DNA of 61,893 bases, filler included, from Choristocarpus tenellus KU-1152 (GCA_964200185.2; 11 parts of 11 records of this genome joined end to end with filler, not necessarily neighbours in it); one strand, 5' to 3'; shown: positions 13,312-26,561, counted from the first letter of the whole stretch. The notes: a model not told the origin generated them from the letters alone. Made by a program: numbers and translations.

Positions 13312-13486
13312 GACCCAAAGTATCTGGGGGGGGGGGAGTCTACACCAGAGTGTCCAATTGGACCAAAACCAGGAAAAGTGCACTTTCAATATCCATCCGA
13401 TGTATGGAACCAAATCATCCAAAATCGCGACATGAAAAAATTAGTCCCAAATGGACAGCCGCCACCCCTCCCAGATGTTCTGAACC
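13312..13486 (+). mobile_element. MITE family A (~175 bp), complete copy
   Basis: TIRs GACCCAAAGTATCTG(n) ... CCCAGATGTTCTGAACC with a TGT direct repeat on both flanks. The internal sequence is shared with many other copies. Confidence 0.88.
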
Positions 13487-15699
13487 TGTGCTGAGTGAAG
13501 AAGATGAAGACAGAACATCTGCCACTAAGTAGCCACCACAGTGCATGAGTAGAACCACAAGGAGAAAGTTACACGGGGGGACTATGTGTTACTTCGTATC
13601 TGTGAGGGGGGCATGCCTGGCTGGGTAAACCTGTGGCAGCCGTGCTGGGTGGGGGGAAAGGAGGAGGAGATATTCCGCCATAGTACAGCACTAGGAAGAA
13701 AGATCATAGGGGTACTGTGGGGTCTCTGCTTGGAGGACAAAAAGAGAAGTTCCAACAGCCAGCATCGTAGCCACAATGTGTTCACACTCTACCAAAGAGT
13801 GTGCTGCTTCATCAAGAAGAAGATGATGAAGCAATACCAGGAGGAAAGACACAGGGAAGGGGAACTGTGCGTGTCTGGGCAAAATATAATGATCAAAGAA
13901 AAAACCGCACATGTGCAGAACTTGCGTTTGTGTAACTTTCACCTTCAAACTGGGCCATCACGCCCAATTCGAAATATACTCCAAAGTATATTATAAAGGG
14001 TATATCACAACAGACCACCAGTGCCCTACCAGACAGAATAAAATTAGTTACAACTACTTTCTAAGTCAACCACCCTCGAACAGTATTAAAAATGTTTGAC
14101 CACAGTTTGAGGAGAATAGAGTGGATGTGTCTGACAATAATAACAAATAATCTCTACTTTGTGTCTGCCTGTATAGCGATAGATAATATCGATGCTGCAT
14201 GTGAACCACATGAGAAAGCGGAAGGGAAGGGAGATTTCAACTAGATGAAGGGAAAATCCTTCATAAAGTCGGAAAGAGAGTCGAGTGCAATTACAGTCTG
14301 TTTACCAGTTTCAAAAATGGTTTTGCTCAGAACTTTTGCTGTACTTAGTGGATTTCGATGAGCGATGGGTTGGATAAAATTATGAAAATCTTGCGTCCTT
14401 TCCATGCTTAAACGGTGGCAAACATTGATGATGCGTAGCTTGAGTGTACGTACGAAATTACAATAATTTCAGGACTGGAAAAATGGCAAACCACTTCACC
14501 AGACCGGGTAGTTAGCATGTCCAATGTCAGCCATATGGCAGGTCGGTCAGGTTGAGACAGTTGATGGTAATGGACTCAGTCATGTCTGAAGTCGGTTGTA
14601 CGTGGCTGGGTGGCGCCCCTGGTCATGTTAAGAAGAGAAGGCCATAAACTCCGCAGTGCTCAAGGTTACTTGTATCCGGCTGGTCGGTGGTCCTGGTCAT
14701 TTTGAAGTAGCGACAGCATGGGCTCAATTCCCGTTCGCCATTCACTTTATCTACTTTTACCTTGCATCTTGTATTCTATGCTGTTACTACTGCTGGTTGA
14801 AAATACTATCTGAAATGAGTAGTATATCATACAATACTATTAATAGGTTACTTTCTACTTCGAAGCATTTCAATACAATTTGTCTCATTCCTCTTTACTG
14901 TGTAGACTATTCAAAATCACTTCTTGGTTCGTTGTCAAACAGGGAATAGTAAATACAAACATCCCTCAGATCAAGTACTCAAAACCGTACCCTCATAGAA
15001 AATACATCGCCACCGTTAGATCTGTACACTCGATAATATGTAGATATATTCCATAACGGCGAATGAGGGTGGGGAGTGGTCATAATCACGTTCCTTGTGA
15101 AGAGTAGACCCTGTTGGACATTTCAATGCCAGTAGTTCATCAACCACAACTCGATCATGAAGCAAAATTGAAAGGCCTTGTACACGGATTTGATACTTGG
15201 CATTCCTCAATCGCTCATGCTGTCTTCTTACACTAGATTTACAAATATCTATGTGTTGGATTTTCTTGGATTGTTCTGTGGAGCTGTGAAAGGTTCTTGA
15301 ATCCAAATGGTGCGCATTTTGGAGCTGAAATGGTGAAGAATCGTCTTTGGGATTGAGAGTAGTAGTCATCCATATTGAGCGTAGGAAGACTGACCGCCTA
15401 CTCACAAAAAAACGTATTCTGCAGTGTTAAAAAAATTACTTCCATAATATGTGTTACCCCCTGACATTCTCATTGTATACACATATTATGGATATGTTCT
15501 TCACAATGTTGAACCAATATAGTCCAGACATTATAAAAGATAATACAATCTATATACACCTACAACTTAAACTTCGATACTTTTGTAAACATTCTTAATT
15601 TTTCTCATAATGGAGTGCCCAAACGAATTCGACAGTTTTGGAGTCGTATAACACGTAGTGGTCAAGGTCCGGACATAAGAGAAAGACTGGCCAGCGGGC

Positions 15700-15990
15700 A
15701 TGGTCCGGACATGTAAGAAAATGTTATACCCTGTCTGACCGGAAGACACGGACCAGCACAATACCTAGTAGATATGATCCGGACAAGTTAAAGAATGTTA
15801 GACCCAGTCTGCCCAGCGGATATGTACCGTTAAAATACACATTGAACATGATTTGGACATGTATGAGAATGCTAGACTAGGCCCGACCAGTGAACATCAA
15901 CCAGTTCAATTCTTAGTGGACTTGGTCGGGAACATGTACAAAATTATGGGACCGGTCCAGCTGACAGACCAGACCATTTTAATTTACCAC
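15700..15990. repeat. Degenerate tandem array, 4 units with an exact 74-bp period
   Basis: Unit heads TGGTCCGGACATGTA (15701), TGATCCGGACAAGTT (15775), TGATTTGGACATGTA (15849) and TGGTCGGGAACATGTA (15923). Confidence 0.7.
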
Positions 15991-16366
15991 CCCTGAAACC
16001 TTGCCTCCTGTACACGTAAAGAGGCAAGCAACCTCTTGCACCCTTCCGCCCGAGCCCCCAAATGGGACAACCCCTTACCCCTGAATAGGGGAAAGCCCTT
16101 GCCTCCTGATTAGGGGTAACCCCATCTTTCCAGCGTAGATAGAGGACAACTCAAATTTAGAGTGTTTTTTTTATCATCCCTAATTTTGGCCCCCTGTACA
16201 TGCACAGGGACATGGTAACCCCTTGCACCCTGAACATCCCAGCCATCGGGTCAAAGTATCGGGGGGNNNNNNNNNNNNNNNNNNNNNNNNNNNNNNNNNN
16301 NNNNNNNNNNTTAATTAATTAANNNNNNNNNNNNNNNNNNNNNNNNNNNNNNNNNNNNNNNNNNNN

Positions 16367-16541
16367 GGGGGGGGGGGGGGGGGGGGGGGTGGTGGGGGGG
16401 TGTCCGTTTCGGTCGAGCAACTCTTTTTTTGCTGACATTTCAAATCTGACACGTGCGACCAAATCACACCAAAAAAGTGACAATCGAAAAAAGGGAGAAA
16501 AACGGATGCCGACACCCTCCCCCCCCCAGATACTTTGACCC
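16367..16541 (+). mobile_element. MITE family A variant, truncated at the gap; another terminal fragment at 16248-16266
   Basis: Ends in CCCCCCCAGATACTTTGACCC. The internal ACACGTGCGACCAAATCACACCAAAAAAGTG is nearly identical to 42434-42532. Confidence 0.8.
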
Positions 16542-17085
16542 ATTGCTGTCACTGGACAGTCATGTGTCAGGTTTGATACGGGAAAACTACAACTCTACGG
16601 AGCAGGGTTTCTGCTATATGAGCTGGTTGCAATATGGCCTGTCAGGGTTGTGTACAATCAGGGTGGAAATGACCCCTTGCCATATATGCTTAGAAAATTC
16701 TACAAAACTGCAGATATGTTTGCATGTTCGTAAGATCATTGAAGAGGAAAGGCAGTAACTGGGACAGGAGTCTCACTGTCAAAGGTGAAGGTGAAAAAAC
16801 AATCACTGATGCTGCTGTCTGAAACAGTCTTGCAGACTTTCTGACCTCACTGGCATGAGGTTTGTATGGTTTGCTAGGTGAACAATTCGATGGGGGTACA
16901 TATTTGTTCTTATGCTAGAACAAAGTGGTAGATCATAGTTTTCATAGAAGAAACAAAGTGGTAGATTCACCTGCAAGCACACATTAGTAGGCTGCATTTA
17001 TCATAGGCGTAAGTCCAGCAAGAAGTCACACACACACACACACACACACACCACCACCACCACCATCACATAAAACACCACGCAG

Positions 17086-20000
17086 GCATCAGGCTATTGG
17101 GAGCACTGCGTGTGTGGAGGGTCATTCGATTGCTGAACACACTTCTACAGTCAGCAGAATTGGACCATGAGCAAACAAGAGACATTCTGAGACTTGAACA
17201 GCAGGTAATCGTTAGTGTGGTAAATCGGAAATGTTTACAAGTGTAAGGTAAATCGATTTGAATATTCTTACTCAATTTAGTTGAACGTATGCAAGAGTAT
17301 AAATGGAAGCACATGAAAAAACCTGATTCCGTGAGTGGATCGCACGGCTCACATTCCCACCACAGAAAAACACCCAATCAAAGCATCATTCCTGAACTTT
17401 CGGTTTTTGATTGATAGCTATTTAATCAAGTCAGAGTGATTGAATTGCTACAATTCACAGCACTAGTAAACAGGTATATTATCCGAAAAATCGAACTTAG
17501 TTGATGCTGCCATTGCTAACAACCGTCGGAACTTCGGGAGAGATAAACATTTATGTCTTGGGCAGAGGTAGAATACATTCAATGTAGCCTTCTTCACAAA
17601 ACTCGGTTTTTTCTTCAAATGAGTGCGGGCACATGTGCATCTCATGTAGCACAGTAGTCTGGGTATTTGAGAAGCTTTAGGTACGTGATTTCCCAATGGT
17701 TCAAGGATGTTGGACAAGCACCTACCCCAATGCAACAAGTTATGCTCTTCAGTGTTTTAGCTGGAGGGGCCATGGTTCGTTGAGTCATTGGCCCAGAAAA
17801 AAGTGGGGTGTTTTACATCATCTAACCCAGCCCTAACTGACTCCTGAGTCCTGTATGCACCAGCTTTCTTTTTTCAAGCCTCAAGTTTTGCAACACTCGT
17901 CAGTTACAAATTTTCCTTTCAAGAACACTCATATAAACTAATTTAGAATTATTCATCGAAATCTACTTAAATTCAGTAGTACAAAAGAAGTGTCCTTTGA
18001 ATTGCACCGAAATCAAGCTCTGCAGTCACATTGTTCTTAAAGACACACATGAAGTGTTAGAACTGTTCTACAGATTGCTTTGAAGTGTACTTGAAAATAC
18101 GATGTTTTGGGGTAACAAAGAATAAGAGGATGTGTGATTGACAACCTCTCTGGATTGCCAAAGAAAAGGCTCTGAAAATGATCAAGTCTGGCCCCGCTTC
18201 GGTGATAACATTGCCCCTGCTAATTCCTTGTGAACAGGTGAAGAAAAGGAGAAAGATGATTTTACTCGAACATTGACCTTAGGGTTAGGGATATTGCAGT
18301 AACCTGGAGTCAGCAGTCTCACGACTCACATTCCTAGCACAGCATGGCCCAATTTCCTCTCAAGGGGGTACCTTATTTCAGGTCACGTTGAGCCTCCACC
18401 AAGTCCACCATTAGTTAGATCATTGGTACATCTTGTCACTCTAAACGCTTTCCTCAACTCCTGCCCCCCCTAGACTTTACATGACATATCAATTCTTGTC
18501 CAATGGTAAGATTTTTTCTTCAATATAGCACTCACATGATAGCTCTCTCCCAACTACATCCCACCTGTCAAGTGCTTGTATCATACTCCGGAGTACCTGT
18601 GTTGCTCCTACCCCACTCACATCTTCATCCCTCCCACAAACCATTGCAATCTCTGCAGCGGATAATGGAGATTGAGGCCGATAGAAGCCTGCTGAGGGAG
18701 ACCCTGAAAAGAGAGACAGATGCTAGGGGAAGGGTGGGTGAAATGTTAAAGGGCTACAAGGACGAGGTGAGAGACACATCCACATTTAAAAAAATACCCC
18801 AGAAATTTCCCAGAACTTTCTCCGGGTCTAGAATTATACAGATGCAACGTTTCAACACACTCCAGAAACATACAATTGAAGATCTGTTTCAGAGTATGTG
18901 GAAGGGAGCCACCCATAGGCCTTACACAGCTAGGGACAAGGCACATACTCTCATATAGTTGCATAGGTGTTGTCGTGAGTAGTTTGGAGAGTAGGAAAGT
19001 GCAGATTGCACGTAGAACATGCAAAGATCAAAGGGATACTGCCGGTGAGTGTATTCTAGATTAATTGTGTGAATGATATGACCTGTATGTAAACTGGTCG
19101 AAGGGGGCCCATCTTGGAGTGTTTTTTGTGCGCATGTGTGCGAGTGTGTGTTTGCCTGTATGCCGCCCCATTGGCTTACAGGTGGCAGATACATGGACAA
19201 TAGAGTTGTACTTTGAGCTAGGAATGTAGACTGTTGAAGAGTCAAAGTATCTTATAGGGTAGAGCCGGGTCCGTTTGAGAGCCAAAATCCAATGTTGAGA
19301 TTTTGACGTAGTTTCGGCTATTGCTTTTCTTAGGAAGCATCCATATCCTTGCTCCGGACACACCTGTTCATAGTATACACAATTTACCTACTCCGAAACA
19401 TTTCAGAGTAGGTAAATTGCCATAAAGAACCCGTGGGAAGTTGAGCCCCAAAGAGACAAACAGGACAAAGCTTGTACCCTCTAGGATATTTTCACTCTGA
19501 ACATGGGCGTCTATGAATTCAAGGATACGGATTAACAATGCATCTGTACAGTTGAAGGGTTAGGGTTAGGGTTCGAGACTAGGCAGGACCTTCGAACACT
19601 ATTCCATGCAGTACAGTTGAAAATTTTGGATAATGCTGAGATCCTGGCCTCATAAATGAATACACTACAGTCTAACCTACTGCTAGTCTTTCAACTTGGT
19701 CCAACAAGATACTACACATTTTTGCCCTCAACAAGCTCAACATTCACTTAGTGGTCGTTGTGGCATTTGCTCTCTGACCCTTTCTGAGTGATAGTTGTAT
19801 CCTTGTGCAGATGTGCTTACTGTGAGGCCAGTTCCTGATCAGAGTCCTGCCTGGCCCTTTTTTTAGAAGCGTATACTCCTCTATCCCATAAGTCTGCATC
19901 GTTACGATTTTTTGAGAATAGCTTTTTAAAATGTGAGATTCAAAAAATGCAAATAATATCATTCGAAAGCCAACAACTTCGGTTTGCATATAGATATCTC

Positions 20001-21893
20001 CCAAACGTTTTTTCATTTCGAAACGACTGAGAAACCGTTCCCTGAACACTCAGTTTTTTTCGGAAATGGCAGATTTTGTCAAAACAACAAAATCGACCGA
20101 AAGTGTCTGGAAATGATGGTTAGTCAACCATAACGTCTCAACGAGTCCTCCGCTGAAGCTGTGGTTAGTTGCATTAGATTCCTTGGGCGATTTTGCATAA
20201 AAATAATTAATTGTCACTCTCCTGAATGCTTTGGGTCATCTCTCGTAGGTCCTGACATAAGATTGATATTTCTTTGGTTCTCTTCTGTGGACTATACTTT
20301 CTCTAGTTCCCCTATTGTGATTGTGGACTTGTTAACCCATCCCCCTTGATCGAAACTGATACTTTAGAGTATATTTCTTTCAGTACCCCTCAACATGCAG
20401 TGTAATTTTTGAACCAGCTTGGTGCCACCCAGAGTTTGTTGCCTAGAAAGAACACGTGCTTTTCCAGTGAAAATATTGCAAAGACGCCCTCAACTGTCTG
20501 GCTTGACGCAGCAGAACAATGACTGAGCTTTGGCACTGCCACATCGCCCATGGTATGGGGGGGGCTCTCAGGCATTATCAAACTCCCAAAACAGATCGTT
20601 TATTTGTGGTGAGCCATGGTTGCACAATAAGAAAATGGGTTGACACGACCTAGTCGGCATTTTTGGGATCCATATTCCAGCACCAACACTGAAGGCAAAC
20701 ACATGGAATTGCAACAATGAACTGCTGCATTGAGGACATAGGTTTGGTGTGTAGTGAGATGAACCCTAGTCCTAAAAATCCGGCGATGGGTATAGTCCTG
20801 CCAGTCATAGAAAAGAAGAGTAAACCTCAATCTTTTCAATAAACGAAAAAAAATGCTTTCACATGCATGCATATACACTAGAGCTCTACATGGAGGGTAT
20901 CTGATGTAGCATAGTATACATTGCGTACTGTATTTGATCTCATGTATTCAGCTCATGGTCACATGTGGGCTATGTACACAACATTGAAACAAGCGATAAG
21001 GGGAAAGTAGAGTCCCAGGGGGAAGTCAGAACAAATGGAAGAGTCTCATTACCCTGTCCCTCTCATCACAGTAGTCATTGACTCCCTATCAAAAGTGGCA
21101 TTCTCCTGTGTGAACTTGTCAAAACGGACATTTATCTCCCCAAAATGCAAAACATGTGGCACTACATGAACTACATGAGCAATAGAACTTTCATTTGGCA
21201 TCCACCTACACTACCAACCAATCGCTCATGAGGTCATTGACTGTCATCTGTAATGATAGTCCCTAATGCCCCTCCCAGGGAAGCTCGCCCCCCTTACACA
21301 CCCCAAAAGAGCCCCCCATAGTGGCCAGCAAAGAATGGAAGTCCCAACCCTTTCGTTGTCAATTCTTTATCTTGGTTAGTCTGTTATAGCTGGCCATTTT
21401 CAAAGCTGATGCAATTGATATCGACACCCATCGCTAGGTGGATGTGACAGTCTAATCACTGCCGAAAGCAAGCAACCAAATGAAAGTTTCCTCTTCACCA
21501 AAATGGTCAACAAATACACTGTAGTGAAGAAAAGAAGTATGGTAGAAACTTATTTTTATACCTCCCACTCAAACTAACTAGCTAGGCCCCCATGTTGCTG
21601 TTAATGCATCTACTCAGGTAGAGACACTTAATGAGGCCCTAAAGATCGCAGCAATGGACATTGCAGCAGCAAGGGTCACAGTTGGTAGCACCCCCTCTGA
21701 CATCAAGAGCACACTCAGTGGAGAGGAAGGCGAAGGTGACACAAACAGCACTATTGGGCACGGATCTGGAGAAGTGAAGGATGAGGCAAAGGTTTCTGGG
21801 GGCGATGGGGGTGGAGACCTTGAAGGCAGTGGTAGGTTAGAAAATCGAGAAAGGATCTTTGTGTTTGAAGATGGCACATATGAGAAAAGGTAA
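17086..21893 (+). CDS. Hv1-like voltage-gated proton channel / VSD-only protein, 3' part (S4, coiled coil and tail)
   Basis: Exons 17086(or 17093)-17204, 18659-18766 and 21618-21893 splice in frame: RLLGALRVWRVIRLLNTLLQSAELDHEQTRDILRLEQQ-RIMEIEADRSLLRETLKRETDARGRVGEMLKGYKDE-VETLNEALKIAAMDIAAA...YEKR*. It carries the RxWRxxR-xx-N S4 signature of Hv1 followed directly by a coiled coil, with no pore domain. Confidence 0.75.
19239..19497 (+). mobile_element. MITE family B, complete copy in the Hv1-like intron
   Basis: TIRs GAGTCAAAGTATCTTATAGGGTA ... TACCCTCTAGGATATTTTCACTC with a TGAA direct repeat on both flanks. Confidence 0.9.
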
Positions 21894-23779
21894 TACACAC
21901 ACAATAAGGTTGCCTATCTAGGTCCCAAAGTTGTAGCGGAAAGGATTTTGCCTAGAGTTGTGTTCTTTCGGGGTAGCAAACATCGCACTCAATAACCTGA
22001 CACTGGCCGAGCAGTCAATGGTTTATGTTTCCTAAGTGTTAGGTGTATTATAAAATTAGGGCTGCCACATTGAGGGAGGGGGATTAGTGAGGATTTGGGA
22101 GAAGCTGTCTTACCTCCAGGAGGATTCCTTGCGAGAAGGACATGCAGACTTACACATGTACATTTTTCAAGGAGAAGAATTCATTGAGGTTTGCAAACTA
22201 AGAAAGACTTGTTCTTTTCAAAAGTATTGTAGCAGGTAAAATGAGAATGCAACTTGAACTACCACACTGTGCTTATAAGGGTACACACCATCACATGCTG
22301 AGAAATAGCTAACAGGAATCCTATCATGTGAAACAACAAGCAGACATGCATGTATATATGTACACATATCTCGACCATCACCACCAGTGGTGAATCAATC
22401 TGGGCAAGAAAATTAGAAACCTAGCTTGGAGGTCTTGCGGACTGAATTACCACTGTCAATAGGAGCAGGGTAAGGATATTAATTAGTCGATCGACTCATC
22501 TCTAGCACATGCTGTTGTAAACAGGCAGCTACACAGCACCCATTACCTGTGGATGATGTTGATGAGTACGCTGAGTTGCCCTGTCATCAACGTAGGTGTG
22601 TATGACGTGCTGGATTTTGAGCTGCACTCTATGTACAGGGGTAAGACTTCCTCTAACATCGGATTGTCCTGATGTTTAAAGTACCGTCAACAGAATTACT
22701 ACTTTTAAAAGCACACTGCTACTACTGTGCACCAAATAACAAGTATAGTCTGAGACCAATAGATTGACTGATTCAGTAAATTGGAGGTTCTCTTTCAGCA
22801 GAACAGTGGACGTGCTGTTAACTTTCACACTACATTCATTAAGCGCTGTGCTTAGTATATTATACTAGTAATTTGAGGCGATTAAGGCAAATAGGAATAT
22901 ACTCAAGTCAACATAGTGAGGCAAGGGGATATCAGTTGTGTTAGTAGACACCCTTGCCCCTATCCTTTATTGCACAACATGGATGAGTGTCAACTGACTG
23001 AAGGTATCTATTTATATAGCCCTATATTGCAAGTCGTTTTGCAAGTTGTTAGCCTTTCAAGAGTGAGTCAGGCCAATCTCAATTGATGTCAAGTTACCCA
23101 GTTCTTTTCCAGTTGTTAAGGGTAGGCAATGCTCCCACTAGCACTACAGAGGGACCTAGGGCACCTCCTTGGCCGTTGTACTTGTTGTCCAACCTGTTCG
23201 ACTGAATGAGCAGGTCGATTTTCATTGGTTGTTTATTTTTCTCAATGGGTTGATGATCTCTGAATGAGAAAGAAAGTGATCGCAATATTCAACAGGAACT
23301 CTTTGGACTTGAGTCAAACAGCAGACCCTGTCTACCAAGTCGGCATATTGCAGTCATCTACATCGACACTACTTCGTGTAATTGTACAAATTTTGTACAA
23401 TAGTTAGATCTGTAATGGGGATACCAAGAATGGTGTAGAATCAATCGGTGGCGCTGACTGGAGAGTTGGCACAGCATACTGCCTATGTTCTGAAGTAGGA
23501 GTAGGATTCACGGTACAATGACAATCCTCTATTTTCTTTCCATCCCTTGTCGGTTATATTTAGCTCTACACGGTCTCTCTCTGCTACTGACAACATTTTC
23601 TAAAATAATCAGACCTCTAAAACTCTCTACTCGCAACTTTTATTGCCATGAGCCATAACTCTACTAATTTACTCTACTGGTTTTCTCAGTATGGAATTTG
23701 CTTCAAGGTGGTGTGTTGTTGTGTAGTCCTACAGACTGGCTTCTTGGGGTGGTTGTGGTACAACTGTTGTGATGAGCTT

Positions 23780-23825
23780 GACCTAAAGTATCTTTGGGGG
23801 GGGGGGGGGGGGGGGGGGAGGGCGG

Positions 23826-23858
<33 letters not shown>

Positions 23859-24061
23859 GGGGGGGGTGGGNNNNNNNNNNNNNNNNNNNNNNNNNNNNNN
23901 NNNNNNNNNNNNNNTTAATTAATTAANNNNNNNNNNNNNNNNNNNNNNNNNNNNNNNNNNNNNNNNNNNNAGAAGTTGTTTCTTCCGATCTCTTTTCCTA
24001 GTTATGGTCCAAAAGGACACCCTGGTGTAGACCCCCCCCCCCCCCCCAGATACTTTGAGCC
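23780..24061. mobile_element. Two MITE family A fragments flanking a linker (23780-23870 and 23971-24061)
   Basis: GACCTAAAGTATCTTTG(n) before the gap and C(n)AGATACTTTGAGCC after it. The flanks do not form a matching TSD. Confidence 0.75.
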
Positions 24062-24231
24062 ACAGGCCGCACAAAATGTCCCAACTAAATTTACTCCCAA
24101 CTACCCACATACTGAACAAAGGCAGTGCATCAAAACACTTTTATCAACACCAAACCACCACACAATACTACCCAGTACACCATTTCAGCTCCTCTTGTCC
24201 TGGCCTGTCAACTCACTGTGGCTGCCTTGAC

Positions 24232-26561
24232 CTGCTGTAGATCAGTAACCCTCTGAAGTTCATCTAGAAGCTCTCTCCGCTCCTGTTCTATCTTTGCCAA
24301 TGCCTCCGACAGCCTGGCCTCTGCATCCTCCGCCTTCTTCTTCTCCTTCTGTAGTAGCCTGTCATGATCAACGTTGTGCATTCAATGTTGTAGACATTCA
24401 ATACAGCCACCAACAAAAAAAAATAAAGAAAGAAAAAAAAAGGTAAGTTAGGGTTAGGGTTAGGGATTCGATGCGGCGAGAAAGGCTGGCAAATGGTACT
24501 CAGTACAGTTACGATACAAATAAACAAAAAATAATAATTTTGAAGAAGAAAAAAAAAATAAATAAATCATACACAGAACTTGTTTCAAGGTCACAGTTTG
24601 GTTGTGAACTGCACTAGACCAGACTCCAAAGATTAATAATAATGTTAAAAAACATCAATATTAACCAACGTCACCATTATTATTGTGAATAGAGAGAAGC
24701 AGTAGGACTATTACCATTATCAACACTACCGTTGCACTCACTCTATTCAAGCCCCAAAGGTAGTTGCTTCCCACACACTATACTACAATCAAATTGCCTA
24801 CCATCACTGAGCCCATCAAATTACCCATCAAGACCTCCCACCCCTCTCTACACTCCAATTGAACCTCAAGAATCACGCCTTCCTTGTGCAAGACCCCCTT
24901 TCACCATCCACTTCCCAAAACACATGCACACCGTGGTATTATTAACCCTAACCCTAACCCTAGTCTTCACAGTCCTCACCATGCACTTCCCTTCAGGATA
25001 GATAACCCACCACCGTCAAAAACATCAAGATAACCCTAACCCTAACTTCTAACTTTCAGAGGATTAAACTACACTCCAGCAGCCGACATCAAGAGTCAAT
25101 CTCGACACGCAATGGGCGAGATGGCCACAGGGCACAAATTCCGCTTGGCATCGACAACCCACTATTTTTTTATTGGAAATTTCTCTGCGGTCACACATTT
25201 TTTACTTTTTTTTATCCAATCACTTTCAAAGGAACTTTTTTTTCTTGAATTTCTTGAAAGGAAAAAATTGGAAAGAAGACTTGAAAGTCATTTGAAAGTG
25301 CCCCACGTGTTGCATGGACAGAGCATGCAAAAAAAAGTAAAATTAATTTTTAAAAAGGCAGAGAAAAAGCAAAAAAATGTAAGTGTAAAAAAAAGGGAAA
25401 TGGTGGTGGGGGGGGTCATGTTCCAAACTAACCTTTCACTTTGTTTTTGAGCCTTTGCAAACCTTTCGCTTTCCTCTTGCAGTTTCTTCTTGGAACTCCT
25501 GTACTTCTCCTCTGATCAAAAATACATGACAAAATATCACACATAGTAAACATCACACAAATTGAATATCACACATATTGAACATACACCAACAGAATGA
25601 AAAAAGAAAAAAAGGGAAGGAGGGTATGAGGTATACACAAACGAACAACTAAAGATGGTGACTCCCTCATGTCTAGACAAGCTAGTTACTACTGCAGTGG
25701 AACTGAGCAGCAATCATAGTCATATTCATATTCATATTCATAGTCATCAGGTGTGAACACATTGCACTCATTAAGAAGTTTAGTACTGTACCAGTACTGT
25801 GGTACTTTAAAGTACTAAAGGTAGTGTACTAAAGGTAGAGTACTAAAGGTAGTGTACTAAAGGTAGTGTACTAAAGGTAGTGTACTAAAGGTAGTGCTGA
25901 AGTGAATGATGTTTTTGGTCAGGTGTAACACAGACAGGAAAAATTGATGTTTTTTGGACATAATCAACCAAACCAAACAAAAACAAAGGAAAGCAAACAT
26001 ACAATACAATATGCAATATACAATGCAATATACAATGTACAATACAATACACAATACAAGATACAATACAATACAATACAATACAATACACAATACAAGA
26101 TACAATACAATACAATACAATACAATAAAGATACACTACACACCCTACTCGCACTTCCTACAAGATACAATATTAATACAATTTTCCATGTCATACGCAT
26201 CCCATCAATACCACACATATGCAATCACCACAAAGGGATGCAGAGGTCTAAGACATCAATCACACTATTACATCCATCATCTCACCTAGTTCCTGACCCC
26301 TAATCTTCATCCTGCCCAGCTCAGATTTCATGTCAGACAGAAGGGTCAGCGTTGCCATATCATCATCCTTCTCCTTATCCTCCACCATATGCCTGCAACT
26401 AGATATTTCCCCCCCCCCCCCCCACCCCCACCAGAAGTATTAGCATCAGCACTACAAGGTTCCTGAGATTGCACCCCTCTTTGCCCACTTGGAACAACAA
26501 CCTCCTCAGTCAAAGGCAACGCCTCCTTTTGCATCACCATGGCCTGGCGGTAGCTATCCTC
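24232..26561 (-). CDS. Coiled-coil protein of unknown function, internal exons
   Basis: GT-AG exons 26561-26286, 25511-25433 and 24358-24232 have compatible phases: ...DMATLTLLSDMKSELGRMKIRGQEL-EEKYRSSKKKLQEESERFAKAQKQSE-RLLQKEKKKAEDAEARLSEALAKIEQERRELLDELQRVTDLQQ. A 1-nt indel is needed in the poly-C run near 26410. Confidence 0.65.
25811..25895. repeat. Minisatellite (GTACTAAAGGTAGT)x~6
   Basis: Direct reading of 14-bp tandem units. Confidence 0.9.
25998..26126. repeat. (CAATA)n microsatellite
   Basis: Imperfect pentamer array. It explains the low-complexity ORFs reported here. Confidence 0.92.

Noticed and set aside
13350-13532. Family of small similar ORFs (e.g. PKWTAAT, QSILEGRA peptides)
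   Set aside because: They are incidental translations of MITE copies, and the frames are not conserved.
15700-15990. CRISPR-like array (also considered for 50581-51060)
   Set aside because: The repeats are degenerate, the inter-repeat segments are homologous to each other rather than unique, the context is eukaryotic, and there are no cas genes.
16248-16541. A single MITE spanning the gap, which would prove contig adjacency
   Set aside because: The flanks ATC and ATT do not match exactly, and other gaps join incompatible MITE ends.
25857-26303. Tyr/Cys/Ile- or QYNTI-repeat ORFs
   Set aside because: They are translations of the (CAATA)n microsatellite inside an intron.
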